Of a stretch of 64,000 bases of DNA, positions 62,821-64,000 are shown in pieces. How positions within the stretch are numbered: position 1 is the stretch's first letter; each line of letters begins with the position of its first letter. Made by a program: the position numbers and the translations under genes. This DNA comes from Glycera tridactyla (lineage: Eukaryota), in the NCBI GenBank assembly GCA_965644265.1, contig OZ286470.1, positions 84,878,001 through 84,942,000 of the forward strand, read 5' to 3'. Under the pieces are notes generated by a model, which did no database searches, was not told the origin of the DNA, and saw nothing but the letters and a program-made list of their open reading frames with translations.

Positions 62821-62981
62821 ATTGACGCGATTTTCTGGCCGAAACGATACGCGTGTCGACTCGTCTCCGCGCATGCCCACCAATGTATGGATAGACTTAT
62901 GTGCTTCATGAAATACTCAGGTTACATATGAACACGAGGGCGATGCAGGTACGCGGGGCTGCTGTTACCAACTCAAGACTA

Positions 62982-63461
62982 TGGAAGCCCAAGAGGGACA
63001 TCTCGTGCGGTCGTGGCTGCGCTCTTGAACTGTCGTATCTTTGCACTAGCGCTCGATCTCGCTGTCGCATTGGCACACTCGCACTCTCGTATCTTCGCAT
63101 CCGCGCTCTCGCACTGTCGTAGTGGCACTCTTGTAGTGTCGTAGTGGCAACATCGTAGTGTCGAATTGTCGTACTGGCGCTCTCGCATTGTCGTACTGGC
63201 GCTCTCGTAGTGTCGTACTGGCGCTCTCGCACTATCGTATCCGTGCTCTTGCATTGCCGCGCGGGTGCGACAGTGCGAGAGCGCCATTACGACACTACGA
63301 GAGCGCCACTACGACAATGCGACACTACGAGAGTGCCACTGTGAGACTACGAAAGCGCCACCGCAAGAATGCGACACTGTGAAAGCGCCACTGCGACACT
63401 TTGAAAGCGCCACTGCGACACTACGAGAGCGCCACTGCGAGATGTCCCCCTTAGGCTTCCA
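62982..63461. mobile_element. Foldback-type MITE with 24-bp TIRs and TA flanks
   Basis: tggaagcccaagagggacatctcg ... cgagatgtcccccttaggcttcca (22/24), TA on both sides; interior is short subrepeats in opposite orientation on each arm. Confidence 0.8.
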
Positions 63462-64000
63462 TACGAGACAGCCCCGCCTCTCTTCACTTGTTTGAATGCC
63501 TATGTGACGTCACTAGAATGCCTTGATACTTTTCTCACCACTTGAATATTGTGAATACGAATTCTGACAAAGTATACTGAAAAATCAATAGCAGTATACC
63601 ACATAATATGCACGAAGTAGGTAATCAATTTTGATGTGTTTTCCAAAGAAATCGATGGTGCTTATGGTAACCCGATGAACACTCCCTCGAAACAGCCACT
63701 ACAGTTCGATGTATCAAACATACTCATTGGTGAGGGAGATGCGTTATCCAGCGCATTGGCATCTTATTTGTCTGTAAACTTTTCATTTCATATCAACATT
63801 GACCCGGAGGTCATATATGTTAACATGTTCACACTTAAATATGGTTTAGACAAGAGAATATATACAATATGGCAACCAGAGACATAACATATTCATATGA
63901 GATATGGACTGGAATCGGCAGGAACTATCAGTAATTCCACCATTGTGGAAGGCAATGCCTACCTGCATCATAGATTTTGATTAAAAGAAAGGGGAACTAT

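Larger units (their letters stand above)
50905..62900 (-). mobile_element. LINE B: L2/Crack-like element with RRM ORF1, separate SGNH esterase ORF and EN-RT ORF2 (interrupted by a CR1 insertion)
   Basis: Co-oriented ORFs; 3' end aaataaagaattaaaaaaaa on the minus strand at ~50905-50925; ORF1 Pro/Asn-rich tail continues on both sides of the CR1. Confidence 0.8.

Noticed and set aside
63500-64000. Search for the next NIDO exon (expected VNTNG-like start in phase 0)
   Set aside because: No matching exon found in the remaining window; the gene probably continues downstream.

Overview
Repeat-dense animal genomic DNA, probably from a marine invertebrate (inference only). The window holds one host gene and many retroelements. 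(1) A + strand spliced gene runs from about 26.6 to 50.7 kb and continues beyond. It encodes a predicted type II membrane protein: short N-terminal tail, RRRR, one TM helix, at least 9 single-exon EGF-like modules (phase 1-1, several produced by recent tandem duplication) and the start of a NIDO-like domain. (2) Inside one intron is a 2.9-kb Penelope-like element (36088-38994, minus strand) flanked by an exact 16-bp target-site duplication. It carries a GIY-YIG endonuclease C-terminus, a 107-bp inverted end, an extra intronless C2H2 zinc-finger ORF and a minimal type I hammerhead ribozyme. (3) A minus-strand L2/Crack-like LINE (about 50.9-62.9 kb) appears to have three ORFs: an L1-type RRM ORF1, a separate SGNH/GDSL esterase ORF, and an EN-RT ORF2. 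An array of 7 related hairpin motifs precedes ORF2, and a nearly intact PHD-ORF1 CR1 element is nested in its ORF1. (4) A related + strand LINE (about 17-25.3 kb) has a 4-kb TG-rich inter-ORF spacer. The remainder is LINE fragments, MITEs, tRNA-derived SINE pieces, mini/microsatellites, local duplications and N-runs. No database searches were run; family names come from recognising motifs.
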